Below are positions 1-12,936 of a stretch of DNA of 64,000 nucleotides, piece after piece (positions within the stretch are counted from its first letter, which is position 1; each line of letters opens with the position of its first letter). The stretch is taken from NCBI RefSeq assembly GCF_006345805.1, contig NW_021832828.1:62001-126000 (forward strand), given 5' to 3'. The stretch comes from Octopus sinensis. Taxonomy: Eukaryota. The notes beneath the pieces were generated by a model that was given only the letters and a program-made list of their open reading frames with translations, did no database searches and was not told where the DNA came from. Both the position numbers and the translations under genes were made by a program.

Positions 1-1060
1 AATAGTTTTCCTGTTGTGTTGATGTGCTATTTTCTATCATTAATAAAACTGTTGGCATTTTTGCCAACACGGGTATGCTACTAATAATAATAATAATACT
101 TTCTAGTAAAGACACAAGGCCTGAAACCTTGTCAGAGGGGATAAGTCAATTACACTGACCCCAGTATTTCCCTGGTACTTAATTTATCAACCCCAAAAGA
201 ATGAAAGATAAAGTCGAACTAAAAACATAATAACAACAACAATAATAATAAAAGGTTTCCCCTCTTTGCCTTCCAATTTCACATTTTGTAATCATTCAGT
301 TCTCATTTTCCATTTACAACAATAGAACCTCATTATTTTAACATGCTCACATATTTCCTTGCTCCAGTGACATTGCAGCTAAGAGATCCGGTATCCTAAG
401 ATCTGATCACACCACTTCTTCCCATACTTTCTTTGGGTTTCCTGGGCCTTACGTACTTTCCACTGTCAGCACACCACACCTTTATTCACTCAGTACTTCA
501 CACCACATATCTATATGAGTAAAGAAATTCTATGTTGACTATGAATTCACCTCATGTTGAAATTAAAGGTAATGTATAAATAATGAAATATTAGCACCAA
601 GCAGTGTTTAGGCATAAGCAAAGTTTAGGTTAGTTAAAATATGTTTGTGTCATATGTCAACTGCGAAAAGGCAAATTCCTTGTGGTTATTGTACTGTAGA
701 GAAAATATTTCTCTTATGGTAAAAATGTGTGAAAACACCCTATTTGTTTAGTGTTTCCTTGCAATGAACTGACCACACAAGTCCACTCTGTTGCAAGGGT
801 CAGATCTCTAATCTAAAGAAACCTTTCTTAATTTCTTCCCATTAACCAAAATGTCACTTAAAAGATGACCAAGCTTTTAAAAAAATGAACAACCATCAAG
901 TCAATGAAACATCAGTATTGACCTTTGATGTGAAATACAGCACCAGACCTTACTCGGCTTCCAGAAATCTGGAAATACTGTGCAATACCATGTAATATAC
1001 TGTACCCCTACTAAAAAATATATATTAGAGACAGAGGCAGTATTAATATTAAGAGGTAAT

Positions 1061-1378
1061 ATTTATCCCCCTTTAAATATGGATGTTCAGTTAGAACAAG
1101 CTATACTGCAGTAGATACCATGAGAGAAACTCTCATATGGGATTTTGGTACAAAATGCACTCTTGTCTATATCACTAACAGGGAGATAAATCCCTGTCAT
1201 ATCCAGTGCTGAGACCACCAGATCACATGACCAAGGTAGGTCAAAATCACGTGATCTGATGGCCTTGGTGCTAGAGATGGCAGGGATTTATCTCTCCACA
1301 AGTGATAAAAATAAGAGTGCATTTTACACCAAAAGCCAATATGAGAGTAGAACATCCACATTTAAATGAGGATGAATA
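1061..1378. repeat. Old palindromic MITE-like element
   Basis: Diverged inverted arms (tttaaatatggatgttc vs gaacatccacatttaaa; gagataaatccctg vs cagggatttatctc) centred near 1238. Confidence 0.7.
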
Positions 1379-3210
1379 CTGTACCCTGTATTGAGTAAAC
1401 TGACCCTGTTTTCGAAGTTGGTTAATTTGCATACAGTGTGTTAAAAAATTATTCTAGTTTAATTTAATAACAAAGTGTGTTAGAATTTTTTCTTTTTTCA
1501 GTGGTTTGATAAAGATTAAACATGCTCTACTTTAGAATTTTCATTTGAACTTGTACCTGTTAAATAAAAATCACATTCTTTACTCTCTTCATTTATCATC
1601 CTATAAACATTTTAGTGTATGCGTGGTACAATGATATATTTTAAGAATTTTAAATGGATTACTAAATATCAAACAGACCCTGCTTTAGAAGTGTAGTAAT
1701 TTAAATACAATTTAGTTTTTTACTTTTCATAGTTTATTTTATAGTATAAATATATTAATATACTAGCTGCACTCCATGTAGATTTTACCTAGCTCCTGCA
1801 GGGATGCAAATGGGGCCCGTGTCCCAAAACTAAAGAGAGCTAAATACCATAAATATAATACATCTATAACAACTATATGCCCTGGTGATGCTTGATCAGA
1901 GGTTAAGGATGGATGAGAATTAATTCTCTAATGTAATCATTCTATTGTTCCAGTCCCAAGTTGAATTCCAATTGTTGGCCAATTTGTCCCAAAGTCCTTA
2001 TCTCAATGTAAAATAAATAAAGCAAATATCAATTATCTCTCCCTTGATCTCCGATATCATCTGACAAATGCCAGCCAAGATGAATCAGCCAAGCTTTACC
2101 TGCTAGAAATAGCAACTCAAATGCTTTTAAGTCAGATCCCAATGCTGGATGTTCAAGAACAAAATGAAGGACAGATTTTCAACCCTAGGATCGTCCTGAT
2201 TCCAAACAGGTATAATATGACTATGTGGAACAAATGTAGATTGAGAGACAGAGTTTCACTTTTATTATTATAGATTTAGGTTATCTCTCCTTCTCTTTCT
2301 CTCTCTGGCAAGGTAACCATGTATCACCTCTACAGCAAGACACCTGTTTTCTTCTCTCGGTCACTCTAACCTTTCATCATCTGACATAAGATCACCTCCT
2401 CTCAAAGATTCTTTGTCTTGCAAGTTACTTGGTGACTCTGTCAGTGCTGGTGCCACATAAAAAACATCCAGTCCACACTGTAAAGTGGTTGGAATTTAGA
2501 AGGGCATCCAGCTGTAAAAACCATGCCAAAACTGACCTCGCCTGTGCTGGTGCCATGTAAAAAGCACTCAGTCCACTCTGCGGGGTGGATGGTGTTAGGA
2601 AGGGCATCCAGCTGTAAAAACCGTGCCAAAACAGACACAGGTATCTGGTGCAGAAATCGGAGACTCTTCTGGTCCGATGCTTGCTGGATAATTGGTTCGG
2701 TTCTCTAATTAAAAAAAGAAAACACAGCTGTCAAGTGAGTTCGAGTTGGTAGCACATAACATGTTTTCACTAATTGTTTTCAGGGCTTATGAAGTCATAG
2801 AAAGATACAGGCACTCTCCCTCTGCCCTCCTGCTCTTTGACTCATTGGAACATAGAGGTTGTGACAGCAGGTGGGTCGAGAGGGTAGCACCAGTACTTGG
2901 CTAGTACTCATTTTCAGCTGAGTAGATTGGAACAACATGAAATGTGCCTGTTCTTCTCATCAGAATAACCAAGTTGCACAAGAAATGGTCTATCCCAGAA
3001 TTCTTGCTGAACAAAATACATTTCTATTAGATTTGTTCCTATTTTACATGTTGCATAATAATTTAGAATTACAAAAAATACGTAAAGTAAAGCATGAAGA
3101 TATATTTTTATAAGTCACAAAATATTAATTATCAATAAAGTCTCAATAGCCTCACACATCACAGAAACATTCCATTTCAGGTATGTATCTGTATTGCAAT
3201 AAAAAACATA

Positions 3211-3593
3211 TACTCTTTTACTTGTTTCAGTCATTTGACTGCAGCCATGCTGGAGCACCGCCTTTAGTCGAGCAAATCGACCCCAGGACTTATTCTTAGT
3301 AAGCCTAGTACTTATTCTATCGGTCTCTTTTGCCGAACCGCTAAGTTATGGGGACGTAAACATACCAGCATCGGTTGTCAAGCGATGTTGAGGGGGACAA
3401 ACACAGACACACAAACACACATATATATACGGCGGGCTTCTTTCAGTTTCCGTCTACCAAATCCACTCACAAGGCTTTGGTTGGCCCAAGGCTATTGTAA
3501 AAGACACTTGCCCAAGGTGCCACGCAGTGGGACTGAACCCGGAACTATGTGGTTGGTAAGCAAACTACTTACCACACAGTCACTCATGCGCCT
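3211..3593 (-). mobile_element. tRNA-derived SINE of the dominant local family
   Basis: Head aggcgcaggagtggctgtgtggtaag..ggttcagtccc, internal TA/TG microsatellite, tail gactgaaacaagtaaaagag. Many copies in the window. Confidence 0.8.
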
Positions 3594-3789
3594 ATGCAAA
3601 TTAATTTCATACAAAATGTACAATATAACTTGGTTAAACAAAAAAAATATTTCTACAAATTCAACTGGGCAACATCAGGTATCACTGAAAATACACACAC
3701 ACATAGTGCTCAGGTTAAATCTGACGATTTCTTTATGTCTCCCTTTTTCAAGAACAGCTTGATGTATTGGTGAACAGTCAACGGCACTG

Positions 3790-4691
3790 GAGAACATAAT
3801 GATTAAAATAATAAAATTATTGTATACAGTGTTCAGGTGCACCACAACTTGTCAGAAAGTGCATATAAAGTGTATGCTGTAATGTACAAATATCTGGAAA
3901 GCGAACAGTGTATGAGTCAGATACATGCTTGCGTGTGTATGGAGGGGAGAAAATCAGGTGTAGTGTTGGCGAATCTTAGGAAGCATGGAAGTTTTGAAGG
4001 ATGCAGTGCTCCGACAACTAACAACTGATGCCGGCAGTTTGTTCCATGCTTCAGCAACTCTCAGCGTGAAAAAAAAGTCATGGGAGCTGTGCTGTTTTCT
4101 GACTTTGTAAAGATGTCCACGGGTGTTAGACAGGTGGAGTTTGAAAAGGTGCTCAGAGTTATTGTTTGTAATATGGTTAATAATTTTATGGGTGTCTGCC
4201 AAGTTAGCTGCCAGACGTCGGAGTTTCAATGTGTCCATGCCAAGGGAAGTAAGGCGTTCAGAATATGGCAAATGCCTGATGGAGGGTATTCTTTTGGTTG
4301 CACGTCGCTGAACGGCTTCCAGACGATTGATATCCTGGGCAAGATAGGGGTTCCAGACCGGTGATGCAAATTCCAGGTGAGGTCTTACCATAGCTATATA
4401 AAGCCACAGATAGATAGCCGGAGAGCGGCTCACAAAAGATTTGGTGAGTGATGCCAAGACACCCTCAGCCTTCTTGGCAATTTTAGCGATGTGTTTTGTC
4501 CAACGCAAATCGCTGTCGACAATAACACCCAGCTCACGTTCACAAGAAGACTTTTTGAGATTAGTGTTGTGGAGGGAGTAAGTCGACGCTGGGTTTTTCC
4601 TCCCAAAATGCATGGTGGTACATTTGTCCACAGCCAGCTTGAGTTGCCAGTCCATGATCCACTGCTGCATTGTGTCCAGGTCTGATTGCAA
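3790..4691 (-). mobile_element. CR1/Jockey-group LINE 3' fragment
   Basis: ORF 3954-4691 contains MVRPHLEFASPVWNP, LEAVQRRATK and FFTLRVAEAWNKLP, typical of the RT C-terminal region. Confidence 0.85.
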
Positions 4692-5808
4692 AAATTTGTA
4701 GTTAAGAAAAAGTTAGCTGACATGGAGGAGTGGAAGCCAGCTAAATATTGGAAAAGAGTTACCTGTATCATGAAGATTTGCGCCAGGTATCAAAACGCTG
4801 ACATTACGAATGTTGCTCAATGTTCTGTGAACACTCTAAAGATTATAAGACATGACGTAAACGGCTACAATGGAGACGACAAGGCAGGTATTCTGACTGT
4901 GCCTGCAAGCCGGAATTCATCTTCAAATCTTTGAACAGAACCTTAAGCTCAATTCAGACGGCTATGTGAAACCGTTGGTGACAGTTGCTACTGGAAGGTT
5001 ATATGTGTGACAGCAAGATTCAGCTCTTTGTCATACCTCCAGAAAGAATCAGGGATCTTTTCGGTTTGAACGGCAGTTTTTAACATAATTTCAAGGTAAC
5101 TAAAAAATTTTAAACTTCGTATACTGGTAGAATGTGTTTATAAAACATCTTTTTCTCTTGGCTTTATTGAGAAAATTCTATAGTTTGTAAGATATTTGTT
5201 GTTTTTTTTCTTCAATTTCTGCAATTTCAACCAATCAATGATGTCTATTGAGCTAAAAAACATTCTGTGCCGTATGATTATGTCCCTCGTTTAAGAAACA
5301 GATTGGGTTTATTTACATTTGTGAAGAAAAAAAGATACCCTTCCCCCACCCCTAACCCTAAAACATATTGAAATGCAATAGATCGATGCAAGGGTCATAA
5401 TTATGGGTGACAATTTCATATGACACCGCTAGAAAAAACTGCCGTTCAAACCGATAAGAACCAGAATCAGAAGTGATTGCAGAACTACATCACTAACCCC
5501 AATTGTAATCCCATGGATTACTATGTGTGGAGCACGGTTGAGAAAAACACCAACAGCTCTGTCTAAGGCCGAGCTGGTGACGAAGATCAAGGAAGTATTC
5601 CATCTTCCCAGTAATACGCATGTTCCAGGTTCCGGAATCGTCTTGAGGTCGTAGTAACAGCAGAGAGCGGCTACTTTGAGTAAACTGTTATCTCCCAGCC
5701 ATAACCTAATTGATATTTCTTAATCTTTTTTTAAATACTTTTATTTTTAGATAGGATTATTATCTTTTCTTTTCCTTTTTAAGCTGTCAAATTTAGCCCG
5801 AACATGTA
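4692..5808 (+). mobile_element. Degenerate mariner/maT-like DNA transposon interrupted by a MITE
   Basis: PNCNPMDYYVWSTVEK at about 5498-5545 matches the SPDLNPxD motif. TIR-like end at 5785-5808. A homologous copy lies at 58.3-59.0 kb. Confidence 0.65.
5053..5462. mobile_element. MITE with GGATCTTTTC... TIRs of about 27 bp and an 8-bp TSD
   Basis: TSD agaatcag at 5045-5052 and 5463-5470. Confidence 0.9.
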
Positions 5809-6561
5809 CACAAATACACATCATGCATGTATGTACAAATGGCGGCAAAGATATTGGAAAGAAGTCAGTGATGTTGTTTAGATTCCTATCAACCCCTAAT
5901 AGAGTAGGTCCTATGATTAAAAATATTCCAACTGGAACCACCTCTTTTTTTTTTTAGTCAGCCTTTATTGGACTAAATTATATCGCCTCTTTCTGTGAGG
6001 AGGTAGGGTGTAATTTGCGGGTGATTTGGCTGCTATTTCTCGTAGGTCTGGCATAGTTACTCCTTTTTAAAGATGTTCACATCCAGCTTTTCTCTGACGA
6101 AGCGGCATAAAATCAAAGGCCTGCCACCCGAGACTAGTTCGTCATGTAAAGAGTACCTAAGACTATTATCATCTATTTAAGACGACAGGGTGCGGTTTGA
6201 AATACCAACAGAATCTGGGATTTCTAGCGGATGGAGCGATCACGTAGATATCTTCTTATTGGTAAGTGCCGTGTAGACCTATAGAAGATGCAAAATATGT
6301 TGGGGAAAATTAGCAAATTATATTTGCGCGCATGTATCTATGTATGTGTATCAATTTGACACATGGGCTCAACAAAGCACATATGTATACAGTGTAAGCC
6401 AGATATTATAATCATGGATAATATTATCAAAATCAGTGGATCTCAAACTCAGGATAGTTTTATAACCTGCTTAATGTGATCAACCGGGTATTGTTATCTA
6501 AAACATTTCCGTGATCACGACAAGCGGCTTCCGCTTATATACCTATAAATATGTTACATAG

Positions 6562-6830
6562 TCTGTTGTGTCTGGGAAGAGTCATTCACTTTTTGTGCCT
6601 TATAATGTAACACACCCATCGGTAAAATATCCACTTATTCCTTATTTTCCTAAAATTTTCGTTGCTTCTTGCAACCTTTTCAATAGTTTTGTGTCAAAAC
6701 TATTGAAAAGGTTGCAAGAAGCAACGAAAATTTTAGGAAAATAAAAATAAGGAATAAGTGGATATTTTACCGATGGGTGTGTTACATTATAAGGCACAAA
6801 AAGTGAATGACTCTTCCCAGACACAACAGA
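6562..6830. repeat. Near-perfect palindrome with arms of about 130 bp and a 3-nt loop
   Basis: tctgttgtgtctggg...ttttg-TGT-caaaa...cccagacacaacaga, with one 6-nt indel between the arms. Confidence 0.92.
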
Positions 6831-7000
6831 ATGTGCTTCAACACACGAACTCACATAAAGAATCTTGCAAACCAAATCCAAAAACGAAACAAAACAAAGT
6901 CGTTATCAAGAAAACAAATGAGGAAAACAAACCGAGTGATTTCCATTGACAGTGAACTGAGAGAAATGACAATAATATAAGAAATATAAGATGAACTTAC

Positions 7001-7075
7001 AGCGGGAACAGAATGGAAGGAAAGCAAACCTAAAAAAAATATAATCATAAACCGTTTTACGGTAGGGAGCCGAAT
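7001..7075 (-). other. Candidate non-coding first exon of a leftward gene; 5' end approximate
   Basis: Perfect GTAAGT donor just beyond the ETS cluster. No coding exon was identified to the left within the window. Confidence 0.35.
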
Positions 7076-7256
7076 CCGGAAGTCGGTGCACTACGTTCAG
7101 AACCGAAACCGGAAGTCGGTCTCGTCACGTTCTGTAGAGTAGCTGAAAGTCGATTTTGTCGTCGAAACCGGAAGTCGGTGCTGTTATGATCCGCGTTCAA
7201 TTGTGCTGCTAGAATAGAGTCACGTGACAATTTACTCCATTCTTTTGGAGGTAATT
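7060..7256. promoter_or_regulatory. CpG-rich housekeeping-type promoter with 3 ETS sites and an E-box
   Basis: CCGGAAGTCGGT at 7076, 7109 and 7168; GTCACGTGAC at 7219-7228. Splice donors point outward on both strands: GTAAGT on minus at 7000-6995, and GAG|GTAATT on plus at 7250/7251. Confidence 0.6.
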
Positions 7257-7722
7257 ATATCTGACTGAACAAAGAGCCTGTTGTTTATTGTTGAGTAAAT
7301 TGTTTCAGAAATAAAGAACAGAGATTAATTACTCAGAAAAACACCATCTGCATAAAAGAAACAACAGTTAAGTGTCTACATACTTATTATCGTGGACCTA
7401 AAAATGTAATTAGAAATACTGACGAGTGCATCCAAACGACTGGGCCTTTTCAGAGTCAGAAAATGATTTAGCCCCCAACTATTAATGACATTCTACAAAG
7501 TTCAGGTGAGGAACCGCAATGGAATATTGCTCCTACATTTTGAACAGTACTGCTGTTGCACACATGGCATCATGATGGCATCCAGTAAAGGGCTATCTGG
7601 CAGATTGACACAGTCCAGGCTCTAGCCCACAAGCAGGCTTTCCTATCTCTCTTCGTTTTCTGGTGCTACTGTAATAGTTCCTGTTCCTCAGATCTGGTTG
7701 GGTTTCATACTACCTCAACTTA

Positions 7723-10028
7723 GGCAGGTCGCACACATGCATTGTACAATCTACCTTTCACTCTGAGCGAGAGGCCCTTTCTCACCAGTAGGGGTAGAAG
7801 CTTTCTAAACTTTTCCCAAGTTATTCTTATTCTAGTGGTAACACTTTCTGAGTATCCACCCCCCACTACTAACTTGGTCACCTAGGTAGTGGAAGCTATC
7901 AACTACTTCTAGTTTCTCCACCTGGAGTGTGATGGAATCTGTTTTCTGAGCATGTGGTGTTTATTGCCCCTGTGCATCTGCTGCACATGAAAGTATCTTC
8001 TTGGTTAATTTTCCTTTGATATTGCTGCACCTCTTATGTGTCCATAGCTTACACTGGGTACATCTTATGGAGTTTCTACCTACACCTTTTCTACACATCG
8101 AGCAGGGTCACCTACCTGAGGGAGTGTGTGATGTGTTTGCCTTCCTACTTACTAGAACTTTGGTTTTTGCTACATTGACTCTAAGGCCTTTTGATTCTAA
8201 ACCTTGCTTCCGCACCCAAAATTTCTTTCCTAGTTCTGGTAGTGATTCTGCTATGATGGCCAGGTCATCAGCATAGAGGAGCTCCCAGGGGCAACCCGTC
8301 TTGAATTCCTCTGTTATTGCCTGGAGGACTATGATGAATAAAAGAGGACTGAGGGCTGAACCTAATGGACCCCTACTTCTACCCGGAATTCTTCACTATA
8401 CTCATTGCCAATCCTAAACTTACTAACGGCATCTCTGTATAGGGCCTGTACAGCCCTTATTAACCATTCGTCAATCCCCAGTTTCTGCATCGCCCACCAG
8501 ATAAGGGATCGGAGGACCCTGTCAAAGGCTTTCTCCAAGTCCATAAAAGCTATGTATAGGGGTTTATCTTTAGCTAGGTATTTTTCCTGCAGTTGTCGAA
8601 CCAGGAATATGGCATCAGTGTTGCTTCTACCCAGCACAAAACCGAACTGCATCTCATCTAAGCAGACTCTCTCCTTAATGAAATGGGCTATGACCCTCTC
8701 CATGACCTTAATCACCTGATCCAGCAATTTGATACCCCTGTAGTTATTTCTGTCTAGAGCATCACCTTTACCCTTGCAGCAGTTGACAATGGTGCTGCTA
8801 CGCCAGTCATTGGGTATGACTCCATCATGAACTACCTGGTTTACAATGCAGATGACTTGGCCATAGCCCACATTACCAGATATTTTAAGCATCTCAGCAG
8901 TGATTTCTGATGGTCCAGGGGATTTTCCTGGCTTCATACCCTTAATTGCTTTATCTACAAGGGAGCTGTCTTTTCAGATAGCTGGTCCCTTTACTGCGTC
9001 AACATTTGGCAGGCTCTCTTCCTCCCATTCATTCTCCACTTTCTGCAATCTTTCATAATGGATTCTCCAAACATCTTTCTTTTCCGAATCATTAAAAGCA
9101 AGTGCACCATCATCCATGCGGACACATTTCTCTCTTGTGACATCACAATTTTCTCTCACACACTGTCTTGCAATCCGAAATACCTCAGTTATTTGGTCCT
9201 CACGTCACTGGACATTGGCAAACTTCTTTTCTGCTTTACCCTAGGCTATGTATACCTGCCACCCAGCCTCCCTTTTGGCTACCTGGTACAGTTCCCTACT
9301 ACCCCCACCTTTCCAGACCTGTTTCTTTGCTCTAATGGCTTTGTCTACCATACTATTCCACCACCACATAACTCTAGGTCGGGAAGGGACTTCTCTGTGG
9401 CTGGTGACTTCAATGGGCATGTTGAACAATGGCATACATGGGGGCTATAGTTTTGGTTCCCGCAATGAGGAGGGAACCAGGATGCTGGAGTTCTGTGATG
9501 CAAATGACCTCATGGTTTGTAATACTAACTTCAGGAAACCTGCCAGTCACCTACCGATCTGGTAGACACACTAGTCAAATTGACTACATCTTCACTAGGA
9601 AACAGGAAAGATGGCTACTTATAAATGCCAAAATCTTCCCAGGTGAAGAATGCACTCCACAACATAGTTTAGTAGTTGGGGACTTCAAGATCAGGGCTAA
9701 ATGGATGACCAGCATGGAAGAGAAGGGTGTGGAAGCTTAAGGATCCTGTGAATGGACAGAGATTCAGAGACATATTACTCAAAGCTTTTGACAAAATAGA
9801 GGGGGATATAGCATCACATGATGTGGAAGACAACTACAGGTTTCTACGGGACAACCCGTTGAGGGCCACTGACCAGAGCTGTGGATGGTGCAAAGTCCCC
9901 AAGGTAACGTGGTTGTGGAACCTGTCTCCTAGCTTCCCTTCTGGCAGTCTGATACAATTCCCTGCTACCTCCGTTCTTCCAGTCCTTCCATGCCTGTTTC
10001 TTTTTCCTAGTGGCCCTGTCAACAACAT
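7723..10028. mobile_element. Rearranged RTE-clade LINE with an internal inversion, same family as the 50-kb copy
   Basis: RT on minus at 7723-9392; endonuclease end (AGDFNGHV, SQIDYI, QHSLVV) on plus at about 9393-9921; a short minus fragment at about 9922-10028. Confidence 0.85.
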
Positions 10029-10041
10029 CGCCCCTATATCC

Positions 10042-10521
10042 AAGTAGCAGAAAGATCGCCCAAAAGTGTATATAGATATTTAAATGTATTTATATATTCA
10101 TCTATACACAGATGTATGTATAATGTGTGTGTATATATTTCCATACACGTAACCATTCACTCCGCACAAAGTTTTTTAGGACGAAAATAGGATCTAAAGT
10201 TATCTCTAAGTAGCACAGAGATCGCCCAAAAGTGTATATAGATATATAAATGTATTTATATATTCATCTATGCACACATGTATGTATAACGTGTGTGTAT
10301 ATATTTCCATAGAGGTAACCATTCACTCCATACAAAGTTTTTTAGCACGAAAATAAGATCTAAAGTTATCTCTAAGAAACAGAAAGATTGCCCAAAAGTG
10401 TATATAGATATTTAAATGTATTTATATATTCATCTATACACACATGTATGTATAATGTGCGTGTATATATTTCCATACAGGTAACCATTCAATCCATACA
10501 AAGTCTTTTAGGACGAAAATA
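10042..10521. repeat. 166-bp tandem repeat, about 2.9 copies
   Basis: Units start at 10042, 10208 and 10374. Confidence 0.9.
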
Positions 10522-11366
10522 TTTATATATAAAAGAAAGGTTGTGTGTCTGTCTACTCTGATTTAGATTCCTAACTACTCCCACATTTTGCGATGTAGTT
10601 TAACCAAAACCGGGTATCTTATAGTCGTGATTCATATCGAGCCCTTTTGAGTATTAGCGCGCGTCTACGATGAGTCTATGATTTTACAAATAATTTACCA
10701 TCATTTTTTTCCATTTTAATGCATATTTTTAAAAATAAACGGAAGTAACTCTCAAACTTCACACCAATATGCGTGCTCATATGCGACGTAATATCACATC
10801 AGCAGCATTTCCTCACACCCTCCTTGCACTTGGCGAAGGCAAAATACCAGGGGATGAAAATGGTAATATTGCCATCGATTCCATTTGTACCATTGTTAAG
10901 ACGCCTTCTGATCTCAGAGATGCAGTGTTCCCAGATCTACAAGCTAATTATCAGAATATGGATTGGATTGGCAAAAAGGCTATACTGGCCCCGAGGAATA
11001 AAACTGTTCACCATATTAATGATGAAATGCTAAAACTCATTCCTGGGGAAGTCTATGTATATCAGTCTATCGATACAACTCCTGACCCAGAGGACGTCAT
11101 CAACTATCCAATAGAGGTACTCAATTCCTTTGAGCACCCCGGACTACCACCACACTTTCTCAAACTTAAAGTTGGTGCCCCTATAATGCTCATCAGAAAT
11201 TTGGTTCCCCCAAAACAATGCAATGGCACACGTTTGATCGTTAAGTCCTTATCTCCCACCGTAAGCTTATATCAATATTTGCCTGAATAATCATCATAAT
11301 TCAGTGCAATCATTAACAGTACTTTCAAGCAATTCAGCCCCGAGCAACGCCGGGCAATTCTGCTAG
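10522..11366 (+). mobile_element. Internally deleted Helitron with a PIF1-like helicase fragment (10769-11290)
   Basis: AILAPRN and GLPPHFLKLKVGAPIMLIRNL..CNGTRL motifs. 3' hairpin cccgagcaacgccggg followed by CTAG|T at 11363-11367. Confidence 0.85.
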
Positions 11367-11401
11367 TAAACCTATAAAAGTCAATAAAAATTACTATTAA
11401 T

Positions 11402-11442
<41 letters not shown>

Positions 11443-12899
11443 CAACCATGTCTGTACCAAGTACATCAATCGGACATCTACGTATCTATAAGTCTGATTA
11501 TTCTGTCCGCTTGATATTGATTATTCTAGATTGATTCGATTGGCTTATAGTTTTAAATTTGAATCACAAAAGAAATTTTACGGTTAGTTAGTCAAGAAAC
11601 GCACATACGCACATCCACAGATCAATCGCACATACATACATAATTATATGTATACACACACACATACACTCATACGCATACATATCCACAAACACCATCA
11701 AACACATAAATAAATAAATAAATAATAAAAGAGGTATAATCGTAACTATGCAGCCATCAAGCCTCCCCAAAACGACAACAATGCCACTATATTAACTAAG
11801 AAGATCCACTCACATATTTCCATAAAATATTTGTTATAAAGATACATATATTTATATATCAAGACATAGAATGTAATTTTTCGTAGGGTACACAAAGCAT
11901 ATGACACCGTTTTTTCTGTAGTCATAGTATTACATAACATAACGTTTACTGATTTCACCGTAATTTGCTATATTTTGTATAATGCCTTTGCTGTTATGTA
12001 ATGGTGTAATAAAGTATTGATTGGGTATCATCTGATGGGTGATGTTTGATTGATTTAAGTATGTTTCTCCATTTTCTAATTTTGTAGTTATATATATATA
12101 TATGTATATATTTGACATATTTGAGTGAATAAGGGGCATGTGTAGATGTATGCAGTCTCTCCTCAATGACAGTCACCAATAATGGTTGCTTGTAGGACAT
12201 GACTTATCATTGTAGTTACAGTCAATTTTAGTTATGACTACGTTGTTGTAGGTACATGTTCTTTGTCTATCTCCTTAACTTCTTGGAGATTTTAGGTATA
12301 ATTATACTAATATGTCCATCTGTTCTAATTTAATTAAATTCTATGTCTTTGTGCAGCTGAAGATTGCTCTACATTTTAAATTGATGTAATGATTGCATTG
12401 TTCAATTAAATGGAGTTGCATGAAATGATCGTGCTGCATTACCTCTGGATATCCTTGTTACTTATTTTGAAATTGTATGGATAATACCATACTAAATTCT
12501 TGTGCCTCAACTAAAGTACCATATTCATCTGAATGTATATATATATCATCATCATCATCATCGTTTAACATCCGCTTTCCATGCTAGCATGGGTTGGATG
12601 GTTTGACTGGGGTCTGGGAAGCCAGGAGGCTGCACCAGGCCCAGTCTAATCTGGCAGTGTTTCTACAGCTGGATGCCCTTCCTAACGCCAACCACTCTGT
12701 AAGTGTAGTGGGTGCTTTTTACGTGCCACCAGCATGGTGCCAGGTGAGGCTGGCAACAGCCACGATCAGTTGGTGCATTTTACGTGCCACCGGCATGGAG
12801 GCCACTCGGGGCGGCACTGGCAACAGCTACGTACGGATGGTTCTTTTACGTGCCACTGGCACTGGAATCACATCTACAATTTCAATTGACTTTTGAGCG

Positions 12900-12935
<36 letters not shown>

Positions 12936-12936
<1 letters not shown>

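Noticed and set aside
3385-3762. Recurrent SINE- and LINE-UTR-derived ORFs (also 34976-35448, 39018-39365, 43818-44129, 52459-53206)
   Set aside because: These are translations of non-coding repeats and microsatellites, not genes.
6090-6150. Hammerhead-like CTGACGA...GAGAC...GTC on plus
   Set aside because: GAAA reads GAGA and no convincing stem I forms; at best a decayed relic.
10769-11290. Host PIF1 helicase gene
   Set aside because: It is a partial domain bounded by Helitron termini.
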